A stretch of DNA of 40,188 bases from a virus (lineage: Duplodnaviria > Caudoviricetes), in IMG/VR virus record IMGVR_UViG_3300032232_000455, positions 1-40,188 of that record, one strand, 5' to 3'. The translations under genes and the position numbers were made by a program. Positions 7,553 to 15,699 of this stretch are shown one piece after another. Below the pieces are notes generated by a model. It was not told where the DNA came from and searched no databases. It was given only the letters and a program-made list of their open reading frames with translations. Within the stretch, counting starts at the first letter, position 1. Each line of letters opens with the position of its first letter.

Positions 7553-7685
7553 ACTGCTTGTCTCTACTACACGCACACAAATAAAGGTTAGCGATGAACT
7601 AACAGATGATGAACTGCTTGCGATGATTGACGAAATTGCTCGCAAACTACAAGCAAGGGAGGAAAGCAAATGCCTAAAGGCGTAG
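7539..7685 (+). CDS. Hypothetical protein (48 aa, MTPTKLLVST...)
   Basis: ATG immediately after GGGAGTTTAAAC; C-terminal part of ORF 7437..7685. Confidence 0.6.
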   Translation: MTPTKLLVSTTRTQIKVSDELTDDELLAMIDEIARKLQAREESKCLKA

Positions 7686-8047
7686 TGCTATACACCGATG
7701 GAACCTATGAGGAAAAGGATTTCAATGGACTCAAAGACATGCAAGGTGCAGTCAATGGGTTGATTGAGATTGTCCACATGTACGATTACTATGGAGATGA
7801 AGTACTCACAGGCTATGTAAACGAGGAAGGCATCATGCTTGAACTACCACTGAACACAGTGGCGAGCGCGTTGTCTTTCATGTTCGGCAATAACCCAATG
7901 ATGCTTGGCAATATGATTGTGCTAGGCAAGGATGATGGAGAAGGCAATGACACAGACATACCGCAAGACATCCTCGCGTTCATCAAGAAAGTATGCGCGG
8001 ACAAGAGCAAGGTTGAGGCTGAGTATGCTGAACAAACTAACGCCTAG
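7670..8047 (+). CDS. DUF3846-like hypothetical protein
   Basis: MQGAVNGLIE, YVNEEG...LPLN..AS, GNMIVLG pattern; GGAGG RBS. Confidence 0.7.
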   Translation: MPKGVVLYTDGTYEEKDFNGLKDMQGAVNGLIEIVHMYDYYGDEVLTGYVNEEGIMLELPLNTVASALSFMFGNNPMMLGNMIVLGKDDGEGNDTDIPQDILAFIKKVCADKSKVEAEYAEQTNA

Positions 8048-8471
8048 TGGTAGATTGTGGCTGGTAACAGTCATAGTATTCGGGTTGGCAATCGCATTAT
8101 TCCCCCGCGATTCCCGCTTAGTCATCCCGTTTAAACACTCAGCCATGTCGGGACAAGTGGTTGCTTATTACACAAACGATTACCAACGCTATGCCATAGA
8201 CCAACTAACCAAAGACGGACGGCTTGAACAGTGGTCATGTCTGCATGATTTATGGACACGAGAAAGTAACTGGCGACCAGCAGCATTGAACAAGTCAAGC
8301 AAAGCAGCAGGTATTGCACAGTTAATGCCTGTTACTTGGGGCTTGGTTGGTCACTCACAAACAGAGGACGGTTATGCACAGGTAGATGCAGGCTTGGCAT
8401 ACATAGAAAGAAAATACGGAGGCAACATCTGCAAGGCATACGCTTCGAGTCTGTCGAGGGGGTGGTACTAA
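8025..8471 (+). CDS. Membrane-anchored lytic transglycosylase (SLT/lysozyme-like, actinobacterial type)
   Basis: N-terminal TM; CL..LW.RES.W...A.N..S.A.GIAQ, GLAYIE..YG and C-terminal GWY. Confidence 0.85.
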   Translation: MLNKLTPSGRLWLVTVIVFGLAIALFPRDSRLVIPFKHSAMSGQVVAYYTNDYQRYAIDQLTKDGRLEQWSCLHDLWTRESNWRPAALNKSSKAAGIAQLMPVTWGLVGHSQTEDGYAQVDAGLAYIERKYGGNICKAYASSLSRGWY

Positions 8472-8665
8472 TGACACAATATCAAACACTCAGAGAAGAA
8501 CTTAAAGCACACCTAGTTGTAACTGGTTTATGTTTAAACGCAGAGAATCCCCACGATGCGGTAGTGGTTCGCTCAACAAAAGCGGACATCGTGATTGACA
8601 CACTATTGGATTATCTGATTGGGGCAGGATATGCAAGCGTTTCAAAAACTACCGACCATACCTAA
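8471..8665 (+). CDS. Hypothetical protein
   Basis: TAATG coupling to the upstream gene. Confidence 0.65.
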   Translation: MTQYQTLREELKAHLVVTGLCLNAENPHDAVVVRSTKADIVIDTLLDYLIGAGYASVSKTTDHT

Positions 8666-9002
8666 GTATCACAGAATCATGCAACAAAAGATTGTAAAGG
8701 GGTTGATTTACTATCGGCTCAACTACAACGGAGAAGTTATGTCGAAAGGTGCATGTCGAGGTTCAAACACAGAGATGTTTTACCCCGAGATTGTGCAGTA
8801 CACACGAGTAGAGACTAAGTTCTATGACAAACTATGTAAGGATTGCCCAATCAAACGGGCATGCTTGGAGTGGGGCTTAGTTCATGAAAGGCAAGGGGTA
8901 TGGGGTGGCACAACGCCCGATGCTAGAGTAGGAATACGCAAGATGCTAGGCTGGGCAGTGACAGACCCACATACATTTAGCGATTTGGCATGGCGTTCGT
9001 AG
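8631..9002 (+). CDS. whiB: WhiB-family Fe-S transcription factor
   Basis: C...CxxC...C pattern with GVWGG motif. Confidence 0.92.
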   Translation: MQAFQKLPTIPKYHRIMQQKIVKGLIYYRLNYNGEVMSKGACRGSNTEMFYPEIVQYTRVETKFYDKLCKDCPIKRACLEWGLVHERQGVWGGTTPDARVGIRKMLGWAVTDPHTFSDLAWRS

Positions 9003-9013
9003 TCTGTTAGGCT
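8985..9013 (+). promoter_or_regulatory. SigA-type promoter pointing into the 9021-9066 hairpin
   Basis: TTGGCA, 17 bp, TAGGCT with TG extended -10; no + strand ORF downstream. Confidence 0.6.
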
Positions 9014-9019
9014 ACAACA

Positions 9020-9066
9020 GAGAAGCACCGCTTGAGGTTCCAGTCCCTCGCGGTGCTTCTTCTTTT
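9020..9066 (+). ncRNA. Candidate small regulatory RNA; also the terminator between convergent modules
   Basis: 11-bp stem agaagcaccgc/gcggtgcttct, inner gagg/cctc, loop TTCCAGTC, T-rich tail; loop complementary to the early-gene RBS motif. Confidence 0.55.
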
Positions 9067-9601
9067 ATACTAAGTTAATTTCTTTCTGCTTAGCCAGCAT
9101 AAATACTTCATCGGCTAAGTCATTGAGGTCGCCATGATTAAGAATCAAATCATCAAAGCGCCAGTTATCCATTGCAGTTTCAGATGCATGTAAGTTCACA
9201 GGCTTGTGTCCTTCACGCTGTACACGCCACACCTGCCCACCCTTGTCAATGATTGCTTGTGCTTCATTAGGAAAGCGAACATCCGCAAACACAACGCGCT
9301 CTTGCTGCACTTGTTTAAACGCTAAGTCAACCCAGAAGTTTTCGCCAAACATTTCTCTACCAACTTCGGTGCCAAACACCTGCAACAAACGGCGCACCTC
9401 AGGGTTGTGCTTGGCTAATTCCCATCCATAATCATTAACCAAATGAGATAACGGTTCGTGACCAACGACAGGGTTTAAACGCATCAGTGCTTCACGCATT
9501 GGGTCAGCAAATGATACGCGCTTGTATCCATAGTTTAAACACAACAGTTCAGCAACTGTATCTTTACCTGACTGTGCGTATCCGCTCAAACCTATAATCA
9601 T
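9065..9601 (-). CDS. Deoxynucleoside monophosphate kinase
   Basis: IIGLSGYAQSGKDT P-loop, SFADP, RRLLQVFGTE, DVRFPNEA. Confidence 0.9.
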   Translation of the reverse strand: MIIGLSGYAQSGKDTVAELLCLNYGYKRVSFADPMREALMRLNPVVGHEPLSHLVNDYGWELAKHNPEVRRLLQVFGTEVGREMFGENFWVDLAFKQVQQERVVFADVRFPNEAQAIIDKGGQVWRVQREGHKPVNLHASETAMDNWRFDDLILNHGDLNDLADEVFMLAKQKEINLV

Positions 9602-10269
9602 TCTTGTCCACTCACTTCCTGTCGTGCTTCTGCGTTAGTGCGATTGCGCCTACGCCCATACCATACTGGTGCCTCGCCACCTAGTCTATCTTGCAACTTA
9701 GTCAGCGCTCTCTTGACACGCTTGCGTATGGCTTCCTCTGTTGCTTGGTATTCCTCAGCCAAAGCATCAAACTCCATGCCACCATCAGCGTATCTCAGCC
9801 GCAGGAGTGCCTGGTCTGCATCGTTTAAACGCTTTAGCCCAGCCGCTACATCAGATAGCAACGCCATTCGGTTGCCACCTTCTGCTGGCTTGCTCGACTT
9901 AGATACAAACTCATTGCTTAAGTCTGCGGTATCTGTCCACCCTTCGTGTGTCCACACATCACGCAATAGTTCATGCAACACCTCATGTGTGTAGTAAAAA
10001 CTATCAGACATAGGCGTGCGTGAGTGATGCATGCGCTCTTTTGCAACATACTTCTGTGCTTCATTGTAAAAAGTACGGCGTAGTTTAAACTTCAACGACT
10101 CTTGCTGTTCCCATTCTTCTATCTTGTGCCAGTGTTCCAACGCCCACAAAGATAGGTGTTGATACACATCATCAGTAGTTACCAGTCCACGATGGATGCG
10201 GTTACTGCGTGATGCAACCTGTCGTGCTGTGCCGTAGATAGTTTCCCAAATCTTATCTTGCTCATCCAT
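9598..10269 (-). CDS. Sigma-70-family RNA polymerase sigma factor
   Basis: Region-2-like DDVYQHLSLW and region-4 HTH (L...DQALLRLRY.DG...ALAEEY..TEEAIRKRVKRALTKL); likely start ATG 10269. Confidence 0.8.
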   Translation of the reverse strand: MDEQDKIWETIYGTARQVASRSNRIHRGLVTTDDVYQHLSLWALEHWHKIEEWEQQESLKFKLRRTFYNEAQKYVAKERMHHSRTPMSDSFYYTHEVLHELLRDVWTHEGWTDTADLSNEFVSKSSKPAEGGNRMALLSDVAAGLKRLNDADQALLRLRYADGGMEFDALAEEYQATEEAIRKRVKRALTKLQDRLGGEAPVWYGRRRNRTNAEARQEVSGQE

Positions 10270-10423
10270 TGCGACCCCTAATAATTTCAATGGCTTGTTT
10301 CCTGCCATTAGTAATGCCTTGAATGTAAGCAAAAGGTTTACCACTACCAGTATCTTGCATGTGTTCAGCAGGAATAAAGTAACAAGCCTTTTCAATAGAC
10401 TCTATTAGTTCTTCATCACTCAT
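10262..10423 (-). CDS. Hypothetical protein
   Basis: Overlaps both neighbours; AAGG RBS. Confidence 0.6.
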   Translation of the reverse strand: MSDEELIESIEKACYFIPAEHMQDTGSGKPFAYIQGITNGRKQAIEIIRGRNG

Positions 10424-10823
10424 CCTTGGGTTCTTCCTTCTCATTCTTTAACTTACGCATTGCTGTTAACAAATCATCTACTGTAATCAAGTAACCCTTG
10501 CTTTTATTCGGGGGAATCTCGCATGTTATCTCACGCCCAAACTCTTTAATGGCATACAACACATGGCTTGTTGGCACCATGAGCACACCCTTCTCTAGTA
10601 CAAATGCCCAGTATGCAGCCTCAGTAACCATGATGCCCGATGGCTCCCATGATTTAGACTTCATGAACCAGCACTCAACTTCAATGTAAAGATTGTTAGT
10701 AACCCACCATTTGCGGTCACGCTTGACTTCTATAGTCTTGCCTTCGGTTAACAGTTCCTCTACTAACTGCTCACCTTTTCTACCGTATCCAAAATCTAAA
10801 TCAAATGATGAGTTCTTTGCCAT
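10416..10823 (-). CDS. PD-(D/E)xK nuclease-like hypothetical protein
   Basis: G..GE, IEVK.D, N.YIE, PSG..TEA.YW pattern. Confidence 0.55.
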   Translation of the reverse strand: MAKNSSFDLDFGYGRKGEQLVEELLTEGKTIEVKRDRKWWVTNNLYIEVECWFMKSKSWEPSGIMVTEAAYWAFVLEKGVLMVPTSHVLYAIKEFGREITCEIPPNKSKGYLITVDDLLTAMRKLKNEKEEPKDE

Positions 10824-10825
10824 GT

Positions 10826-11446
10826 TTAAACACCCGCTCGTTTATGTAGTCCTTCTGCGCCCTCGGCGAGGAACACATCATTCACATCACAGTTCTCAGG
10901 CATAAAGATTGGGAACACATTGTCCAGTTCACGAGTGATTGTCTTAGCCATCTCCTTGCCAGCGTTGTCACCATCACAGAACAACATAATCTTTTCCCAG
11001 TCCGCAAGGACACGAGAGTAAAATGGTTTCCAGTTATTAGCACCAGGCAAACCAACAGCAGCGAAGCCCACTTGTGTGGCAATCATCGTGTCAATCTCAC
11101 CTTCACAAATGACCAACACATCTGATTCAGAGTTCAATGCAGCAACATTAAAAATGTGTGTGCTTGCACCTGGTCTTGATAAATACTTTGGTCCGCTATC
11201 TGCGTTTAAACTGCGGAAGCGTATGTCAATTACTCCTGATGGTGTCAAGTATGGGATAGCCAACTTACCTTGGTATGGTTCGTGCCCTGTCTCAGGATTC
11301 TTTACGAAGCCGAGGCGGAACATAAGTGCTGTCTCCTTGGTTATACCTCGAGCCTCCAGGTACGGAGCCACCTCGTCTAGGTTTCTTTCGTAGTTCTCCG
11401 TTGCTTTCGCCAGTAATTCCCTCTGCGATTTCGAGAGCCTTGACAT
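10826..11446 (-). CDS. DNA primase, Toprim part
   Basis: YLEARGI, IPY, RFR, PKYL, ICEGEID, DGDNAG, DVND. Confidence 0.9.
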   Translation of the reverse strand: MSRLSKSQRELLAKATENYERNLDEVAPYLEARGITKETALMFRLGFVKNPETGHEPYQGKLAIPYLTPSGVIDIRFRSLNADSGPKYLSRPGASTHIFNVAALNSESDVLVICEGEIDTMIATQVGFAAVGLPGANNWKPFYSRVLADWEKIMLFCDGDNAGKEMAKTITRELDNVFPIFMPENCDVNDVFLAEGAEGLHKRAGV

Positions 11447-11669
11447 AGGTAACTCCTTCTTTCTTCATAATAAGTGAGTAGACATCCCCAGCCATGTCAC
11501 ATGCGAAGCAGCGAAACCCGCCGTTGTCTATGTTTAAACGCGCTGACTTAACCTTATCATTGTGGAAGGCACACCGCACGGTGACCCAACCACCACGATT
11601 AGTTGGTACTGTAAATCCGTAATGCTCTAGTACTTTAACGATGTCATGCTTAGAGTTTTGGGAGCGCAT
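11292..11669 (-). CDS. DNA primase zinc-binding (CHC2) part
   Basis: CAFHND..SA and FRCFAC..AGD; overlaps the Toprim ORF. Confidence 0.85.
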   Translation of the reverse strand: MRSQNSKHDIVKVLEHYGFTVPTNRGGWVTVRCAFHNDKVKSARLNIDNGGFRCFACDMAGDVYSLIMKKEGVTYVKALEIAEGITGESNGELRKKPRRGGSVPGGSRYNQGDSTYVPPRLRKES

Positions 11670-12015
11670 CGCGGAGCCTCTGGACAACATACGATTCTCC
11701 AATCCCCTTGTTACTTGCTTTAATAATTACTAATGGTGCTGGTGCAATCACCAGTCGTTTCTGTATACGATAGTTATCTGCTTCGAGTTCTGCCTCACGC
11801 AACCATCCACTCAAATCAATTCGACCATCACGGCGTGGTGCCTTTGCTTCAATGACATAGCCATCTGCGTTAGCAGGAAGGTATACATCACCGATGTCAT
11901 TGCGCCCTGCACGAGGCAAACGCTGTGCGTTGAAACCCTGTGCCATAAGCCAGTCTGCTAGTTCTATTTCAAATGCAGCACCTCTGCGCTTGTTACTCGC
12001 TTGCTGTGTTGGCAT
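11650..12015 (-). CDS. Holliday junction resolvase (Hjc-like)
   Basis: NKRRGAAFE, D.GD and VIEAK motifs. Confidence 0.8.
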   Translation of the reverse strand: MPTQQASNKRRGAAFEIELADWLMAQGFNAQRLPRAGRNDIGDVYLPANADGYVIEAKAPRRDGRIDLSGWLREAELEADNYRIQKRLVIAPAPLVIIKASNKGIGESYVVQRLRDALPKL

Positions 12016-12721
12016 CTTGCTTGTTCCTTTCTGCGCTTTCAATGGCTGCCCAATAGAGGTTGTAATAGTTATCATCAAAAGCAAACCGCTTCATGTGCTT
12101 GACCAATGCAGCAGTGTTAGCCACAACTGGTACGCCAGCAGCCTTTACCTTACGGAAGAAGGCGATGTCCTCACCAATAAACAAATCACCACTTGCATTG
12201 TTCTCAGCAAACACAAAGTCAGACTCACCAAACTTCTCATGCAGTGCCTTGATAACAGACTTATGCATCAACACCAAGCCCAACCCAGCATGGTCTACCT
12301 TAATAACTTGATTGCGTGGTAGTGGGTGGTGGTATTTAATTTCGTACTCGTTCCGCCCTTCATTAAAGATAGCAGGCATCGGTTGCATCAACGAGTTTTC
12401 CATCTGCTTAGAGATAAAGTACACACCGCTTACGATAGGTCGAGCAATCTTGTCAGCGGTATCCCATAGAATCTTAACAACCTCTTTAGTAAGTACGATG
12501 TCGGAGTCAACCCACAACGCCCAGTCAGTACCAACCTTGTCCCACATTTCAAATGCAGCCTGTCGTTGGCGAGCAATCTGATTGCCTTGTACACGGATAG
12601 CGTTATGGAATGGCACATCACCAGTGATGATGCTGTATACCAAGCCCTCTGTAAACTTGCCGTCAGTGTTTCCGTTGTCGCACCAAATAACTGATAGCGT
12701 TTCTTTATTACTATGCGCCAT
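11993..12721 (-). CDS. GT-A fold (family 2-like) glycosyltransferase
   Basis: IARQR, WVDSDI (DxD), G.G.VL, GED..F, terminal H.K. Confidence 0.8.
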   Translation of the reverse strand: MAHSNKETLSVIWCDNGNTDGKFTEGLVYSIITGDVPFHNAIRVQGNQIARQRQAAFEMWDKVGTDWALWVDSDIVLTKEVVKILWDTADKIARPIVSGVYFISKQMENSLMQPMPAIFNEGRNEYEIKYHHPLPRNQVIKVDHAGLGLVLMHKSVIKALHEKFGESDFVFAENNASGDLFIGEDIAFFRKVKAAGVPVVANTAALVKHMKRFAFDDNYYNLYWAAIESAERNKQDANTASE

Positions 12722-13130
12722 GTTTAAACACTTCCTCTGATTTGTCTAGTACTTCCATTGCGTTCTCTGCTAGGTCTTTCCATGAAGCGCTCATTAGTCG
12801 GAGTTGAATGGCGATTTCTTCTCTGCACTCTGGTCCGTGGTCCTCAGTAAGATGCTGAGCCAACTGCCCAACATAATCAGCGAACTGTAAAGACTCGAAC
12901 CAGACTTGTGCGGGGTCGTAGATTTTTTGTGTAGCCTCGTCAATGCGTTCAATAAACTCTGGTAGTCCATCAAGAATTGCTTGTTTCAACTCCGCTGGTA
13001 CTTGCTTCGATGACATCACTGCTTCCGTCATCATCTCGGGAGTAATTGATAGTGCCTTCATTAAGGAGTCTTTTGAATTCCTCATCTGTGAGGTCCTTGA
13101 ATCTTCCGCTTTCTTCTTCTTGCCAAACAT
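12711..13130 (-). CDS. Hypothetical protein (start uncertain, perhaps ~13034)
   Basis: ORF track; fills the operon. Confidence 0.6.
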   Translation of the reverse strand: MFGKKKKAEDSRTSQMRNSKDSLMKALSITPEMMTEAVMSSKQVPAELKQAILDGLPEFIERIDEATQKIYDPAQVWFESLQFADYVGQLAQHLTEDHGPECREEIAIQLRLMSASWKDLAENAMEVLDKSEEVFKHGA

Positions 13131-13296
13131 ACGCTCTCCATCCCACTGTCCATGAAAACTGTTTCGGTATAAACATCAACTGCGCTTTAATGTCTGTAAT
13201 CAATGGCTTAGCCTGGACGACTACATCCTCTGCGTTTAAACTACCTTGTAGTTCTCCTGCATTTTCTACGATTTTGATTTCCCATTTGGGTGTCAT
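12970..13296 (-). CDS. Hypothetical protein
   Basis: AAGGAG RBS; follows the helicase. Confidence 0.7.
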   Translation of the reverse strand: MTPKWEIKIVENAGELQGSLNAEDVVVQAKPLITDIKAQLMFIPKQFSWTVGWRAYVWQEEESGRFKDLTDEEFKRLLNEGTINYSRDDDGSSDVIEASTSGVETSNS

Positions 13297-13305
13297 AACT
13301 TCTCC

Positions 13306-14085
13306 TTATGATTGTAATAAATCTGCCAGTTGCATACTGGCTGGGTTGTATGCAAGCCACACTGGACTTGCACCTGTTGAATCGGCTGGACCATAACGAT
13401 TCTTCACAGCACACACACCCATCGAAGCGATTTGGTTATACACCGTAAGGATTAACGAAGGGGTCTGAGCAATTTTTCCGTGCAGGGAACTGCTTGGTGG
13501 GCAAGGATTACCCACAACCCCCTGACTTGTATGGTGGCAAACAACAACAGCAGCGCCAGTTTCTCTAGCCCACCACTTGAGTTCACGCATAAGTGTGCGT
13601 AGTCCGCCCCACTCATCTTGTCCATCAAGGGTTACATCAACTGCGTTGTCAAGCACGATGAGTTCAACATCTTGACCTAAGCGCTCTCGTGTTGCAAGGA
13701 CTGCATCCTCTACATCCTTAAGCGTAGGTGCTGAGTCAAACTCCCACATGATGTGGTCAGCAGGCTTGAGCATTTGTGCAGCCCAGTCTCTGTCTGCTTC
13801 CATCAATGGTTCTACTTCTTGTTGTGGTCTGCCTGTAATCATCGCAAGCAGGCGCAGGCTCATGGTATGTGAGTGAGTGTCTGCTGAAATGTACAGGGTG
13901 GGAACTTGAGCATGGACTGCAAGTGACAAGGCAAAGGTAGATTTACCTGAACCTGGAGGACCTGCAACCATGCTCACTTCCCCCCGTCTAAACGCTATCT
14001 GCTGCTCAGCAAGTGAGCGCCACACCGTAGGTAATGTGGCACCCCCTTGCGAGGCAGTCTTGATAGCACGGGATAAACGGCGCAT
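13306..14085 (-). CDS. DnaB-like (RecA-fold) helicase
   Basis: GPPGSGKST Walker A, LIVLD Walker B, VKNRYG arginine-finger motif. Confidence 0.85.
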   Translation of the reverse strand: MRRLSRAIKTASQGGATLPTVWRSLAEQQIAFRRGEVSMVAGPPGSGKSTFALSLAVHAQVPTLYISADTHSHTMSLRLLAMITGRPQQEVEPLMEADRDWAAQMLKPADHIMWEFDSAPTLKDVEDAVLATRERLGQDVELIVLDNAVDVTLDGQDEWGGLRTLMRELKWWARETGAAVVVCHHTSQGVVGNPCPPSSSLHGKIAQTPSLILTVYNQIASMGVCAVKNRYGPADSTGASPVWLAYNPASMQLADLLQS

Positions 14086-14088
14086 GTA

Positions 14089-14520
14089 CTACGCGTTTAC
14101 TCTGTTACTGCATTGTGAGCCTTGTGGCTGTGGGCATGAGTAGAAGGCACGGTATGCCTTGCCAGCCTTTGAGATACCAGCAGGTACTAACCGCATTGGA
14201 CCAGCGCCACATGCACACTGTGGTTTAACAGCAGGTGCTGGTGCATAACCTTGTGCAGCAGGTGCGTACTGCTGTGCTGGCTGTGCGTGTGCAGGCATTG
14301 GTGCTGCACCTTGGTTGATAACTTCTGCTCCAGGGAATGAAGTCTTAACTGTAGCCATACCTTCAACGGTTGTCTCAAGGTCAACCAACGCTGCAATGCG
14401 CTGGCTTACTGCATCAAGCAAGGTATCAAGTTCCAACGCATCGGATGCGTAGAGGTTGATAAGCATGCCATCCTTCTTTGTCTTGAAGTTAATCTGAATC
14501 GCTGCGTTTTGATTACTCAT
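14089..14520 (-). CDS. Hypothetical protein with Pro/Ala linker and C-terminal zinc ribbon
   Basis: CAC..GPM...Y..FYSC......C. Confidence 0.7.
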   Translation of the reverse strand: MSNQNAAIQINFKTKKDGMLINLYASDALELDTLLDAVSQRIAALVDLETTVEGMATVKTSFPGAEVINQGAAPMPAHAQPAQQYAPAAQGYAPAPAVKPQCACGAGPMRLVPAGISKAGKAYRAFYSCPQPQGSQCSNRVNA

Positions 14521-15355
14521 TTGTTTCTCCTAGTTCGGGGTACATGTGTGAATCTTCACCTTTAACTGCATAGCATGCCTTATTGACAGAACAAGTACCA
14601 CACATAAATCCTGGCTGTGGGATAAAGATGTTGTTGTCAACGGCAATCTTGAATCCACTTACCCATTGTGCAAGGCGTGGTTCTGTGTAGTGCGATAGGT
14701 CAACTGGAGGTGTTAACTCACCAGTACGAGCCATGAAGTACGCCCCCAAGGTAGGACGGATTCCCAGCAACTTCTCAGTCATGATGGCATAAGTGCCTAA
14801 CTGAGTAAATGCTACTGGTGGTTTACTGGATGTCTTGATGTCCACCACTACAAGTTCGCCTGTTGGCGCAACCATAAGGCGGTCAAGAAATCCTTTCATG
14901 TTTACTCCACCAACCTCCACATTGAGTTCGGTTTCGATTGCAGGTGCTCCATCTGGCAGGTGGTACATCTGGTACCCACTGTCCTGTCGGAACTGAACCC
15001 AGAAATCAAGCATCTTCGGTCCATTATCTAACCACCAAGAAGTATCTTCTTTATTTGGATACGCCTTGGTTGCTCTACCACCAGCACGGAACGGCATGCC
15101 GTTATCAGCAAGACGATAGTTCTCCTCCCATCGTGCAGTAAATACTGCAGTAGAGTCAAAATCACCCATAAGGGGTGGTAGGGCATCGTAGATTTCTGTA
15201 CCTTCATGCAAGGACTTGCCACCTACTAGCCAGTAGGATGGGTTCTCAGCGACTTTCTGAATACGGGATAGATAATACGACCAACCACAGTTAAGCCATG
15301 TACTCATGGCGCTGTGGGAGATGTAGTTCTTCCCAGTTTTTTCTTCTAGTGTCAT
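14513..15355 (-). CDS. Cas4/RecB-like PD-(D/E)xK exonuclease
   Basis: ISHS...W.NC, GFLDRL, VVDIKT, QL..YA, C..C.....C; AAGGAG RBS. Confidence 0.88.
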   Translation of the reverse strand: MTLEEKTGKNYISHSAMSTWLNCGWSYYLSRIQKVAENPSYWLVGGKSLHEGTEIYDALPPLMGDFDSTAVFTARWEENYRLADNGMPFRAGGRATKAYPNKEDTSWWLDNGPKMLDFWVQFRQDSGYQMYHLPDGAPAIETELNVEVGGVNMKGFLDRLMVAPTGELVVVDIKTSSKPPVAFTQLGTYAIMTEKLLGIRPTLGAYFMARTGELTPPVDLSHYTEPRLAQWVSGFKIAVDNNIFIPQPGFMCGTCSVNKACYAVKGEDSHMYPELGETNE

Positions 15356-15376
15356 GTTTCTCCTTTGCAATAGAGG

Positions 15377-15413
15377 AGTCTACTACACAATGTCTCATCT
15401 ATTCTGCGACACG
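15377..15413 (-). promoter_or_regulatory. Putative promoter of the replication operon
   Basis: Minus-strand -10 TAGACT (15382-15377) with upstream CGTGTCGCA, a 9-mer also present at 3631-3639. Confidence 0.45.
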
Positions 15414-15468
15414 CCGATGAATTACACCCATGTAATTTTTTAAAAAGTTGATTACACTCCTGTTCGTG

Positions 15469-15699
15469 ATGAACTGGTTAATTGTATCTAGGCTCAAGCG
15501 GAAGCCCAAGTCTAGCATGCTGGCTAACTATCGTGGTATTCCCACGCATGTTTGTCCTTGTGGCTCACGACTTTTTAAAGTCGGCTGCATGTTTGAGGAT
15601 AATGAAATTTCGCTTTGGTTCACCGATGCAGAGTGTGCATTGTGTGGCGCACAAGTAACAGTACCTACTCCCATGGATGGTGAAGATGCCACAGTATGA
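15469..15699 (+). CDS. Small zinc-ribbon protein (start 15469 or 15517)
   Basis: HVCPCGS...ECALCG. Confidence 0.65.
   Translation: MNWLIVSRLKRKPKSSMLANYRGIPTHVCPCGSRLFKVGCMFEDNEISLWFTDAECALCGAQVTVPTPMDGEDATV

Noticed and set aside
10270-10395. N-terminal 42 codons of the 265-aa sigma ORF
   Set aside because: They overlap ORF 10262..10423; ATG 10269 gives normal coupling and a plausible RBS
14513-15355. Cas4-like gene as evidence of a CRISPR-Cas system
   Set aside because: Stand-alone Cas4/RecB-like nucleases are common in phage replication modules; no other cas gene or array is present
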